Shown here: positions 1 through 8,076 of the stretch, piece by piece
Layout: each line of letters starts with the position of its first letter
Position numbering within the stretch: the first letter of the stretch is position 1
Source of the DNA: Alloprevotella sp.
Lineage (GTDB): Bacteria > Bacillota > Clostridia > Christensenellales > Aristaeellaceae
Assembly (NCBI GenBank): GCA_963617205.1
Contig: CAVEOA010000002.1
Span: 22,289-86,288 of the forward strand
DNA length: 64,000 nucleotides
Reading direction: 5' to 3'
Notes under the pieces: generated by a model
Told to the model about the DNA's origin: nothing
Seen by the model: only the letters and a program-made list of their open reading frames with translations
The model's database searches: none
Program-made: the position numbers and the translations under genes

Positions 1-1423
1 CTACGCCGCCCTGCTTATAGGGAGCGGTCACGTAGATTTCAACGACTTCCTTGCCTGCCACATTGCCCTCGTTCTTTACGGTTACGGGGATGTAGAGCTT
101 TTCGACCTGTGCAGGGCTGTCCACGTCCGACGCGAAAATCGCGGAATCAACAGCATCCGTCAGCGCAGTCGTGCAGGCAGCATCAGTGTATACACCCTGA
201 ATGTTCAGGCTGAACTGCGTGTAGCTCAGGCCGTAGCCGAACGGATAGAGGACGTTCTCGCTCCACCACTTGTTGGCGGCAGCAATCTTTTCCTCCTCGG
301 TCGCACCTTCCGCAGCGGATGCGGCAGTGTTGCCCAGGTAGGTCTCATAGTAGTAGGTTTCGTAGTACTTGTAGCCGGAATAGATGTCCTCCTCGTAGTC
401 TACGAAATAATAGCCGGGGTCGGACGGACCGGTCTGACCGGCACCGGTCGGCTCGCCTTCTTCATTCCTGTAGATGTTGGAGCTGCCGGTCTGGCTGTTG
501 TCGCCGAAGTTATACCATGTCGGGTCAGCAGAGAAGTCAACCGTCCACTCATCGACCAGATGACCGGATGGATTGACCTTGCCGCTGAGGATTTCACCGA
601 CGGCCACATGACCGGTTTCGCCGGGACGCTCCATGAGCAGAATCGCATTGATGCGCTCGTCCTGCTCAAGGTTGTACATTTCCATGGCGTTGGCGGTGTT
701 CAGCACAACGATAACCTTGTCGAACTTGCTTTCAACGTACTCCAGCAGCGCTTCCTCGGAATCGGTCAGCTGCTGAAAATGCTTGTACTCCGTGTCGCTC
801 GAAGCATCATAGACGAACTTGCCGTCCACCCATGAGCCGGTTGCCAGCGCCTTATGGGTGAAAGCAGCCGGTTTCGTTCCGTAGAGGTTGTCTTCCACCT
901 CCTGAATGATGCGGGCATTATCCGAGCCCTCACCGCCGTCGCGGCAGAATACAACAACTGCTGCGCCATTGTACACATCCAGCGAGTTTTCGACCTCGCG
1001 GCTGAATTCCGTCGTTTCGTTGCCGATGGACGTGCCGATGGACGCGTAGTAACGCACGAGCGCAGGGTTGACATTGAATCCGGCGAGCTGCAAACTATCG
1101 GCGATCGTGCCGCTGGCGTTGCTTCTGTCCTCGCGGATGCTGGTCAGGTTGTCCGACGCGACGCCGAACACGCTGACCCATTCCTTGCCGGTCAGCGGAA
1201 GCGTGCCGTCATTCTTGAGCAGCACGTTGCCCTCGCGGGAGAGCTCTTTGTTCAGCTCATCCGCCGCAGCCTCGGCCTCTTCATACGATGCATAATCGTT
1301 GAAGTACTTGCCGTCGGTCAGCGTGCCTGCGCTGGCGGTCGTCAGCGTGCCAAAGCAAAGCGTCGCTGCCAGCGCGGTGCTGAGCAGCCCCTTCAGCATG
1401 GGACGCCATCCTGATGTTTTCAT
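1..1423 (-). CDS. Secreted glycoside hydrolase family 3 protein (5' part of gene; C-terminus lies beyond the window start)
   Basis: Absent from the ORF track because it has no stop codon in the window. My minus-strand translation from ATG 1423-1421 (SD aaggagg 7 nt upstream) gives a signal peptide, MKTSGWRPMLKGLLSTALAATLCF. GH3 C-terminal-domain motifs follow (NVLLKNDGTLPL, LYPFGYGLSYTQF), then an Fn3-like segment (LYIPVTVKNEGNVAGKEVVEIYV). Confidence 0.8.
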   Translation of the reverse strand, partial: MKTSGWRPMLKGLLSTALAATLCFGTLTTASAGTLTDGKYFNDYASYEEAEAAADELNKELSREGNVLLKNDGTLPLTGKEWVSVFGVASDNLTSIREDRSNASGTIADSLQLAGFNVNPALVRYYASIGTSIGNETTEFSREVENSLDVYNGAAVVVFCRDGGEGSDNARIIQEVEDNLYGTKPAAFTHKALATGSWVDGKFVYDASSDTEYKHFQQLTDSEEALLEYVESKFDKVIVVLNTANAMEMYNLEQDERINAILLMERPGETGHVAVGEILSGKVNPSGHLVDEWTVDFSADPTWYNFGDNSQTGSSNIYRNEEGEPTGAGQTGPSDPGYYFVDYEEDIYSGYKYYETYYYETYLGNTAASAAEGATEEEKIAAANKWWSENVLYPFGYGLSYTQFSLNIQGVYTDAACTTALTDAVDSAIFASDVDSPAQVEKLYIPVTVKNEGNVAGKEVVEIYVTAPYKQGGV

Positions 1424-1443
1424 AGACGTACCTCCTTTTTCAC

Positions 1444-1464
1444 TGTTGAATCAACGTTTCAACA
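1444..1464. promoter_or_regulatory. Inverted repeat TGTTGAA-N7-TTCAACA upstream of the GH3 gene (possible operator)
   Basis: Read directly. The 7-bp arms at 1444-1450 and 1458-1464 lie about 20-40 nt upstream of the GH3 start codon. The half-site resembles the TCAACA/TGTTGA arms of the palindrome at 33801-33814. Confidence 0.25.
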
Positions 1465-1554
1465 GCAATTCAGAGATACTATACATCAAAAATGGCCGAA
1501 TTTTATCCATCTGTGACAAACTGTACCCTTGGCGGGACAATCTGCATCGAGCTG

Positions 1555-2808
1555 TCAATCAACAGGGAACACGATGGCAAGGCGAACAATCGCATCCTCC
1601 TGCGAAAATTTCATTTTACCGTGATACTTGTCCACAACATAACGAATGCCTTTCATGCCGAAGCCATGGTTCATTTTGTCAGGCTTTGTCGTTTCCATCC
1701 TGTCGAAATCAACCGGATAATTGCAGTAATTCTCCGCATTCACCAGCACCATTTCGCCATTTTTGACGATGCGCAGGCTAATCATTCGGTTATCCTTCTC
1801 TTCTTCTTTCATTTCGCTCTCGATGGCATTGTCAAGGATGTTGTTGAGCAGCGAGAACACGTCCACCGCCTCCATGAACGCCATCTGCGCGCCATCGACA
1901 ATGTAGCTGAAGCGAATGGTATTGATCTCGCACATCAGCCCCTTTTCCATCAGAACGGCGTCAACGGTCGCGTTGCCTGTATTTGCCATGCTGGCGTATA
2001 TCTGCATCGTGCGCTTCAATCCGTCCAGCTTGTGGGATTCCTCGGCGCTCATGCTCTCCTGAACTGCGCGGATCTGGCTGCGGATGTTATGCAGCTTCAC
2101 GCCCATCATCTCCACAGCCTGCTTGGACAGCTCATGCTGCTCGTGTTGCTGGCTGATAATCAGCTCGAGCGTGCGCTTTTCCTCCTGCATCTTTTCCGCT
2201 GCGGAGATGCTGAACTGAATCATCAGGCAGCTGATGCACGCAAGCGCATCATACACGTTCATGTACAGTGCGTCCTTTCTGCACGTGTCGCGGAGGCTGC
2301 TCAGCACGATGCAGATAACAATCAGCACCGTCGAAATCAGCACCTGACGGCGGTCTGCCGTTTCATAGAATCGATCGTTCTTCCTGAGAATCAACAGGCA
2401 GATCAGGGCAGCCACAATCAGATGATAACCCACGGCAGAAAGCAGACTGTAATCCGGCGGAATGATAATAAACTGGTTTGCGATGCTGCGTACGGACGAA
2501 CCGATATGCTGGATGGCATAGCTGCCGACGGAAACGAACAGGATGCCCGACAGGCGAATTTTCCAGCAAACCGCCGCGGTGCCTGCCGCAAGCAGCCATA
2601 CAATCACCCAGTCCAGCACGCGCATAACCGGCAGAATCTGCCAAAGCTCCAGCTTCTGATAAAATATTGTCGCCGCACCGCTGATGACGATTGACGCCGC
2701 CAGCCTGCCAACAAAGCCGCGTCTGCGCGGCGCATGCTTTAAATACACAAATTCTCCGATGAGCAGCTGCACATATACGAGCAAAAACGGATGATTCATT
2801 GAAAACAT
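1555..2808 (-). CDS. Membrane sensor histidine kinase, AgrC/ComD-like GHKL type (partner of the LytTR regulator)
   Basis: The N-terminal half has about 6 hydrophobic segments. The C-terminal half has an ATPase region (NNILDNAIES, HGFGMKGIRYVVDKY). ATG at 2808 is preferred: gggggtg lies upstream and TGATG shares one nt with the regulator stop. The ORF-track GTG at 2817 is the alternative. Confidence 0.8.
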   Translation of the reverse strand: MFSMNHPFLLVYVQLLIGEFVYLKHAPRRRGFVGRLAASIVISGAATIFYQKLELWQILPVMRVLDWVIVWLLAAGTAAVCWKIRLSGILFVSVGSYAIQHIGSSVRSIANQFIIIPPDYSLLSAVGYHLIVAALICLLILRKNDRFYETADRRQVLISTVLIVICIVLSSLRDTCRKDALYMNVYDALACISCLMIQFSISAAEKMQEEKRTLELIISQQHEQHELSKQAVEMMGVKLHNIRSQIRAVQESMSAEESHKLDGLKRTMQIYASMANTGNATVDAVLMEKGLMCEINTIRFSYIVDGAQMAFMEAVDVFSLLNNILDNAIESEMKEEEKDNRMISLRIVKNGEMVLVNAENYCNYPVDFDRMETTKPDKMNHGFGMKGIRYVVDKYHGKMKFSQEDAIVRLAIVFPVD

Positions 2809-3515
2809 CAGCAGCACCCCCTGCTCAGATAATCAATATACTTGTCCATAAATTCCTTTTTTCGTCCGCGGCTGATTTGGATGATTTGGTCGCCGATGAA
2901 CAGCTCATTATCCACGACCTTGCGGACGTGCGAGAGGTTGATCAGCACGCCGGCATTGCACATGGCAAAGCACGAATGTCCGAATTTCTCCTGCGCCGAC
3001 CGCATGGTGGAGCGCTCGCGGTATGATTCCTTCTCCGTGTGGTACGCGACGTAATTCCGTTCGCTTTCCACATACAGGATTTTCTGAAACGGCAGGCGCA
3101 CGACGCTCGTTTCGTTATGCACCACAATTTCGCCCTGCTCACGCCGTGCACAGAAGGACAGCGCCTTCTTGAGCTTCTGGCAGAACACGGCATACGACAT
3201 CGGTTTAATGACATAATCAATCGCATTGACCTCATAGCCGTTGATGGCATATTGCGAATAGTTCGTCAGGAAAACAATGGATACCGTATTATCGAACTCG
3301 CGGATGCGCTTCGCCGTCGCGATGCCGTCCATCAGAGGCATTTCCACATCGAGAAACACCACATCGCCGTCACCGCCGTAGTCGCTGACAAAATGAATGC
3401 CGTCGTTCGATGCCAGCGTTTCGATATTCTCGCCGCTTTCCCGGGCATATCGGGCGATGTATCCCTGCAGCTGCTCCCTGCACTTTGCGTCATCATCGAC
3501 AATCCCGATTTTCAA
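2808..3515 (-). CDS. LytTR-family response regulator
   Basis: Receiver motifs (KIGIVDDD, VVFLDVEMPLMDG, IVFLTN) are followed by a LytTR DNA-binding domain (ILYVESERNYVAYHT). TTG at 3515 is preceded by gaggggaggg. The ORF-track ATG at 3557 is the alternative start. Confidence 0.85.
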   Translation of the reverse strand: MKIGIVDDDAKCREQLQGYIARYARESGENIETLASNDGIHFVSDYGGDGDVVFLDVEMPLMDGIATAKRIREFDNTVSIVFLTNYSQYAINGYEVNAIDYVIKPMSYAVFCQKLKKALSFCARREQGEIVVHNETSVVRLPFQKILYVESERNYVAYHTEKESYRERSTMRSAQEKFGHSCFAMCNAGVLINLSHVRKVVDNELFIGDQIIQISRGRKKEFMDKYIDYLSRGCC

Positions 3516-3756
3516 GCGTTTCCCTCCCCTCGAACCATCACATGCAAAATTCAGCAATCATTTCTATATTATTGCACATAATCTTGTAGAACTTTAGCAA
3601 TACTCTTTTCAACTATACCATGCTTTCCGGCGAAAAGCAAGCGGAATAGACACGACTGCCTCAGCGCGCCGCCGCAATCAATCAAACAGACCTGCGCTTT
3701 TGACTGCTGCATGCCTACTGATGAGGCGATGGAGCTGATGTTGTGCAGCCTGTCGG

Positions 3757-3800
3757 ACGAAAAAGCCCGATGCCTGGCGTGATGCCGGGTATCGGGCTTT
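3757..3800 (-). terminator. Rho-independent terminator closing the minus-strand T7SS-associated operon
   Basis: Minus-strand read is AAGCCCGAT-(19 nt)-ATCGGGCTT followed by TTTCGT. The 9-bp stem arms are at 3763-3771 and 3791-3799. It lies 32 nt after the stop at 3832. Confidence 0.55.
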
Positions 3801-3831
3801 CCTGATGGTGGCTGTAATGACCGTATTTTTC

Positions 3832-4269
3832 TTACTGGCAGGGATCCTCTATGCCTTCAATGCTTTCCAGCTCAAGCCGAATCAGCTGATAGCCATGATC
3901 CTCATAGATTCTCAGCACGCCGACCGCGCGCACATAGGCTTCCGCCTCCGGATAGACGGCGTCGTCTGTCAGCCAGACCACTTCCATCCCCTCGCGCATC
4001 AAGCCGTCATCGCAGCAGCTTTCATGCCAGTGGTAGACGTAATAGTAGCTGTCGCGCTCCAGCTCGGGCGCGTCGCCGACATAGAGATACCCTTCAATGA
4101 GCACCGTTTGCCCAAGAAGCGATATGTGTTTGGTGTAGAATTCCTCCAGACAGTCGTGAAAATCCTCACAGCCGGTAATGCAGAACGCGGGCTCCTCTGC
4201 CATGCAGACGCCTTCGCAGGCAAGCGCAGCCGCCAGCAGAAGAATCATCAGCCTGATGAAGCGCTTCAA
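3832..4269 (-). CDS. Small secreted Cys-rich protein, unknown family
   Basis: Signal peptide MKRFIRLMILLLAAALA. There are 8 Cys in 145 aa (CEGVC, FCITGC, HDC, HESCCDDG, DPCQ). The start overlaps the upstream stop by 4 nt. No family recognised. Confidence 0.65.
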   Translation of the reverse strand: MKRFIRLMILLLAAALACEGVCMAEEPAFCITGCEDFHDCLEEFYTKHISLLGQTVLIEGYLYVGDAPELERDSYYYVYHWHESCCDDGLMREGMEVVWLTDDAVYPEAEAYVRAVGVLRIYEDHGYQLIRLELESIEGIEDPCQ

Positions 4270-4790
4270 TTTCGATTCCTTCCTTCGTCAATGTACGGCG
4301 TCTGCCTGCCTTCTCCGGAAAGAAGAAGGGTCAGGAAGCTGTTCTTGATCTCCACTGAACCGCACAGATAGCTTTCGCCGATAATCAGCGTCGGAACAAG
4401 CTGACGTTCCTCGGGAATGCCCTTGCGTTCATAGTATGCCTGAATGATGGTGCCCTCGTCCGGATTCGATTTATTCAGCGCAACGAGCCTGATTTTGCTT
4501 TTGCTGCCATCCGCCAGCGTGATTTCCTCCGGCAGCCCGGCGATGATCATATCCGCGCGTTCCGAGCAATACCTGCAGGTCGGGCGATAGAAGTAGTAAA
4601 CCAGCGAATCGCCGGCATCGACGTCCGCATCAATGCCTGTATTGCTTTTGGGATGATAATCCTCCGTCTCCTCCTCGGCAGGGGCTGAACCCATGAAGGC
4701 ATTCAGTCCCTGCTCCGCAAATGCATTCGCCGTCAGGAGGAGCGCAAGCAGCATCACCAGCGCAATGCGCTTCCCTCGTCCCATCGTCAT
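4266..4790 (-). CDS. Secreted thioredoxin-fold protein with CxxC motif (thiol-disulfide oxidoreductase-like)
   Basis: Signal peptide RIALVMLLALLLTANAFA. CxxC sits in YYFYRPTCRYCSE and a cis-Pro-like VPTLIIG follows. ATG 4790 overlaps the upstream TGA (ATGA at 4787-4790). The ORF-track start at 4865 would overlap the upstream CDS. Confidence 0.7.
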   Translation of the reverse strand: MTMGRGKRIALVMLLALLLTANAFAEQGLNAFMGSAPAEEETEDYHPKSNTGIDADVDAGDSLVYYFYRPTCRYCSERADMIIAGLPEEITLADGSKSKIRLVALNKSNPDEGTIIQAYYERKGIPEERQLVPTLIIGESYLCGSVEIKNSFLTLLLSGEGRQTPYIDEGRNRN

Positions 4791-6406
4791 TGCACCCGAT
4801 AGCGGTACAGCACGCGTGTCTGCACCTGACTTCCTTCGAGCGGCGTGTCCTGCCAGGCAGACCAATCGCCGTTGACCGTACGCGTTTCAACCTGTCTCGT
4901 ATCGCTTTGGCCAATCCAGTTCGTCGACCAATCGCTCCAAGAACCCCAGCCCTGATAGATATACTGCGTTGTCTTCGTGCGGGAACGGTACATGGTCACC
5001 TGAGTGGTCTCCGTCTTCGTGGAGGATTTTTCATTATACCATGATGAGCCGTCCGGCGCCTTATACCAATAGCAGCCGCCTTTTGTCCCCACTCCTGTAT
5101 ATCTGGTCGTGGAGCTTCTGTATTTCCAGCCGATTACACTCGTCACCACAGAAGGTGACTGCGTCGTCACATCGATGCAGCTGTAATAGAGCATGCCGGG
5201 ATAGTCGCGATGATAGTATTCCCAGCGGGAATAGTTCCAAACCGTCACTTCCTTCTCAACGTTCTGTGTGGTCGTTTCAACCTCCAGCGTAGCAGAACCG
5301 TAAATCGGCGTTTCAGAATAACCAGACCACTCGCCGTACACTACTTGCGCGTACCAGCCGCTGCCGGTCTGGGTTTCCGCGCTCGTCTTGGTGACAAAAT
5401 CACGGTAGCGATACTCGGTGGTTGCGGTTCTGTTGCGGTACTGCGTCTTTATGTCCACAATCGTCACGCCATTCGGCACGGTTTCCACCCAGTCCGAATA
5501 TACGACAGGCTTCGGGGTCGGCGTTGCCGTAATCACAGGCTTCGGGGTCGGCGTTGCCGTAATCACAGGCTTCGGGGTCGGCGTTGCCGTAATCACAGGT
5601 GTCGGCGTTGCCGTAATCACAGGCTTCGCCGTGACCTTCGGCACGTAATAAACGGTCGGCTTCGGGGTTGCCGTCGGTTCAGGCGTTGGTGTAATCAAAC
5701 TATCGGCATATTCCTTTGTAACAATATCGTACATTACCTTTGCCGGCTCATATTCGCCCTTAATCTGTGCAAGAAGCCTAGCCGCATCCTCTAAATTACC
5801 CTCTCCATAGGCTTTCAGCGCATCGACATAAACATCTTCATTGCTCGCAGCAGGTTGCCGGCCAATCATTAAAGACGTCATTCTTTCACGCGCATCATGG
5901 AAATCGAAGCACCTGAGATACAGCTCCGTTGCCAAGTCGATGTCTTTGTTGGCCTCCGCTTTTCGTCCATTGATATAGTCTCTGATTGTCGATACGGGAA
6001 CGATGCTGATCTCTCCGTCATCGATATTGCAATTTTCTTTCATGTATGCGACAAGTCCGTCTTCCTTTGCCTCGAGGTAATTGACGAACTGCTTTTGCAG
6101 CTCCATCGCCCTTACATACATTTCAGCGGTTTCAAGATCATCCTTTTCAATAATATACTGTACGGCTGTGGAATACATGATCAGATAAGAGCTGTATCCC
6201 TTGTTTCCACACATTTTAAAATCCGCAATGATATTATTGATATCCAGCCCTGAGTTCTTGGGATTGCTCATGTAGAGATTCAGATTCTTGATGGTCGTCG
6301 CATAGTTGTTTTCCATTGTTGTCTCCGCAGAAATCGCCACCGCAGAAACGTTCAGGCAGCAAAGCAGGGTCACCGCCGCAAGCAGCACCGACAATATACG
6401 TTTCAT
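4787..6406 (-). CDS. Secreted protein: helical TPR-like N-domain, Pro/Thr-rich repeat linker, W/Y/T-rich beta C-domain
   Basis: Signal peptide MKRILSVLLAAVTLLCCLNVSAVA. The linker is PVITATPTPK repeated about 4 times. The C-terminal half has recurring YRYR and WSxW motifs (EYRYRDF, WGSWSDWSTNW, GDWSAWQDTP, LYRYRVQ). No family name recognised. Confidence 0.7.
   Translation of the reverse strand: MKRILSVLLAAVTLLCCLNVSAVAISAETTMENNYATTIKNLNLYMSNPKNSGLDINNIIADFKMCGNKGYSSYLIMYSTAVQYIIEKDDLETAEMYVRAMELQKQFVNYLEAKEDGLVAYMKENCNIDDGEISIVPVSTIRDYINGRKAEANKDIDLATELYLRCFDFHDARERMTSLMIGRQPAASNEDVYVDALKAYGEGNLEDAARLLAQIKGEYEPAKVMYDIVTKEYADSLITPTPEPTATPKPTVYYVPKVTAKPVITATPTPVITATPTPKPVITATPTPKPVITATPTPKPVVYSDWVETVPNGVTIVDIKTQYRNRTATTEYRYRDFVTKTSAETQTGSGWYAQVVYGEWSGYSETPIYGSATLEVETTTQNVEKEVTVWNYSRWEYYHRDYPGMLYYSCIDVTTQSPSVVTSVIGWKYRSSTTRYTGVGTKGGCYWYKAPDGSSWYNEKSSTKTETTQVTMYRSRTKTTQYIYQGWGSWSDWSTNWIGQSDTRQVETRTVNGDWSAWQDTPLEGSQVQTRVLYRYRVQ
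5505..5630. repeat. In-frame 30-bp tandem repeat (3 identical copies, one 24-bp variant, one partial copy)
   Basis: The unit acaggcttcggggtcggcgttgccgtaatc occurs at 5505, 5535 and 5565 with 100 percent identity. Copy 4 at 5595 lacks 6 bp. The array encodes the PKPVITATPT linker of the 4787-6406 protein. Confidence 0.95.
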
Positions 6407-6444
6407 CCTATCTTCTCCTTTTCCTGCCGGACATGACGCCGGCT

Positions 6445-8076
6445 TTATTGAATGGTTCCGTTCATGTTGAACAGCAGTCCCTTGGAAGAGTAAACCCGAA
6501 GCTCGTAGTTTTGTCCGCTCACCAGGCTTTCCTTTGCCTGATTCAGCACCTCATCCAGCCGCACGAAGAGCAGATTCTGCCCGAAAATGCCACAGCCGCC
6601 GTCTTTCGCCGTCATCGTGACGATAGCTGTCTTTGTTCCGCACAGGATTGCCACCTTGCAGCTATCGATGGGCTCCGGAAATCCGTTGGCGGCAGACAAA
6701 TGGAGATACACGCCCTGTCCGTTGCCTTGCAGCTGCGCGACCGGCAGATTGCTGCCAGAGAGCATCCGCGTCAGCAAAGATTCCTGCATCAGCTTTTCAT
6801 GCTGGTCCGCGCCGTCATAGCCGCAATCCTTTGGATACCAGAAGAGCAGCCCTGTCATCTGTCCGTAATCCGTCGGGTCCTTTTCGAGCGTCAGCATGGC
6901 GGTTGAAGCCGCCTGTACGGTTTGATGCTGGTGAATCACACCGACAGCCGCCGCTGCAACGAGGACAACGACCATGACGATGGTGAGCAGCGTCCTTCTT
7001 TTCTTCCGTTTTTCCTCTTCGTTTTGCCTTCGCACGATTTCGTCCAGGTCATCGGTGATGCTGGCGTTCCGAGCCGCTGCCTGTGCATCCTCTGTCGCAG
7101 GCGGCTCTATCCTTTGTTCCGGCTGTTCGGGAATGACGCTCTCATCCTCATCCGGCCTATTCACCTTGCCTGCAAGCGAATCCGTCTGCGTTTCCGTTAC
7201 GCTCTCCCTTTGCTGATAGCGCCATTCTGGCGACGGATTTGCCTGTATTTTCTCTAATTCCTCAATAACCTCCCTGATGTTTTCCGGCCTGTCCTCCGGA
7301 TCTTCCGCCGTCATCTGCGCAGCAAACCGCCGCAGCGAGCTGCTCGTACCGTCCTGCTGCCCTTCAAGCAGCCGCTGAATCGTGCGTCCAAGGGCGTAGA
7401 TGTCTGTTTTCGGGCTCATCGTCCCGGAACGTCTCTCCGGCGCCTCGTAATCAGGCGTACCGCCCTGCCGCTGTCCATCTGTTTCCACCAGAAACGCTGA
7501 TACGCCGAAATCGCCGAGCTTGTAGATATGATCCCGCAGCCAGAAGATATTATCCGGCTTCACATCGCCGTGGATAATGGGCTTCGGCTGATGATAATGG
7601 CAGGTCTCCAGCGCCTTCGCGACGCACAGCGCAATCTGGATAATCCTGTCCTCGTTCATCGGCGTATCGGAAAGCACATTCTTGAGCGGCGTCAGCTTTT
7701 CCTCGCGGATCATCAGCATTGCGCCGGGTCTTCCCTCTGCCTTCACCTCTTCAAAGTCAAGGCAGTTCAGGATGTACGCCTCGCCCTGCAGCTGCTGCAT
7801 GATTCTGATTTCATCGCGGCACTGGGCAACCATTCTTTTGTATTTCTGCTCGATCGCGTCCGCCGTCAGACCGATGCTCTTCAGGTACTTCACATCATCC
7901 GTCTCGGGCATGACACAGATGACCTTGAGCGCCGATACGGTTTTTCCCGTCTCCGTTTCTCTTGCAATCTGGTAGACGACGCTCTTTCTTCCGCTTCCCA
8001 GAATGCTCTCAATCTGCCACGTCCGCAGCATTTCGGATTGCATCACGCACGCTCTGATCTGTGTCTCTTCCATCAT
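6445..8076 (-). CDS. Hanks-type Ser/Thr protein kinase, single-pass membrane protein with about 160-aa extracytoplasmic domain
   Basis: All catalytic motifs are present: G-loop LGSGRKSVVY, Lys in VSALKV, catalytic loop IIHGDVKPDNIF, LGDFGVS, GTPDYEAPE and DPEDRP. A TM segment LLTIVMVVVLVAAAAVGVI follows a charged linker. ATG 8076 overlaps the upstream stop (ATGA). Confidence 0.85.
   Translation of the reverse strand: MMEETQIRACVMQSEMLRTWQIESILGSGRKSVVYQIARETETGKTVSALKVICVMPETDDVKYLKSIGLTADAIEQKYKRMVAQCRDEIRIMQQLQGEAYILNCLDFEEVKAEGRPGAMLMIREEKLTPLKNVLSDTPMNEDRIIQIALCVAKALETCHYHQPKPIIHGDVKPDNIFWLRDHIYKLGDFGVSAFLVETDGQRQGGTPDYEAPERRSGTMSPKTDIYALGRTIQRLLEGQQDGTSSSLRRFAAQMTAEDPEDRPENIREVIEELEKIQANPSPEWRYQQRESVTETQTDSLAGKVNRPDEDESVIPEQPEQRIEPPATEDAQAAARNASITDDLDEIVRRQNEEEKRKKRRTLLTIVMVVVLVAAAAVGVIHQHQTVQAASTAMLTLEKDPTDYGQMTGLLFWYPKDCGYDGADQHEKLMQESLLTRMLSGSNLPVAQLQGNGQGVYLHLSAANGFPEPIDSCKVAILCGTKTAIVTMTAKDGGCGIFGQNLLFVRLDEVLNQAKESLVSGQNYELRVYSSKGLLFNMNGTIQ

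Noticed and set aside
3569-3712. 47-codon minus-strand ORF (MQQSKAQVCLIDCGG...) upstream of the LytTR/kinase pair, considered as an AgrD-like autoinducer precursor
   Set aside because: It has no Shine-Dalgarno sequence, no AgrB-like gene nearby and no amphipathic leader/charged tail layout. It is kept only as a note.
5505-5630. Direct 30-bp repeats considered as a CRISPR array
   Set aside because: The repeats are contiguous with no spacers, are in frame inside a CDS, and encode a Pro/Thr linker.
6407-6444. Short GCCGG/CCGGC hairpin between the kinase and the downstream secreted-protein gene, considered as an internal terminator
   Set aside because: It has only a 5-bp stem and no U-tract, and it is immediately followed by the SD of the next gene. 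This is more consistent with read-through.
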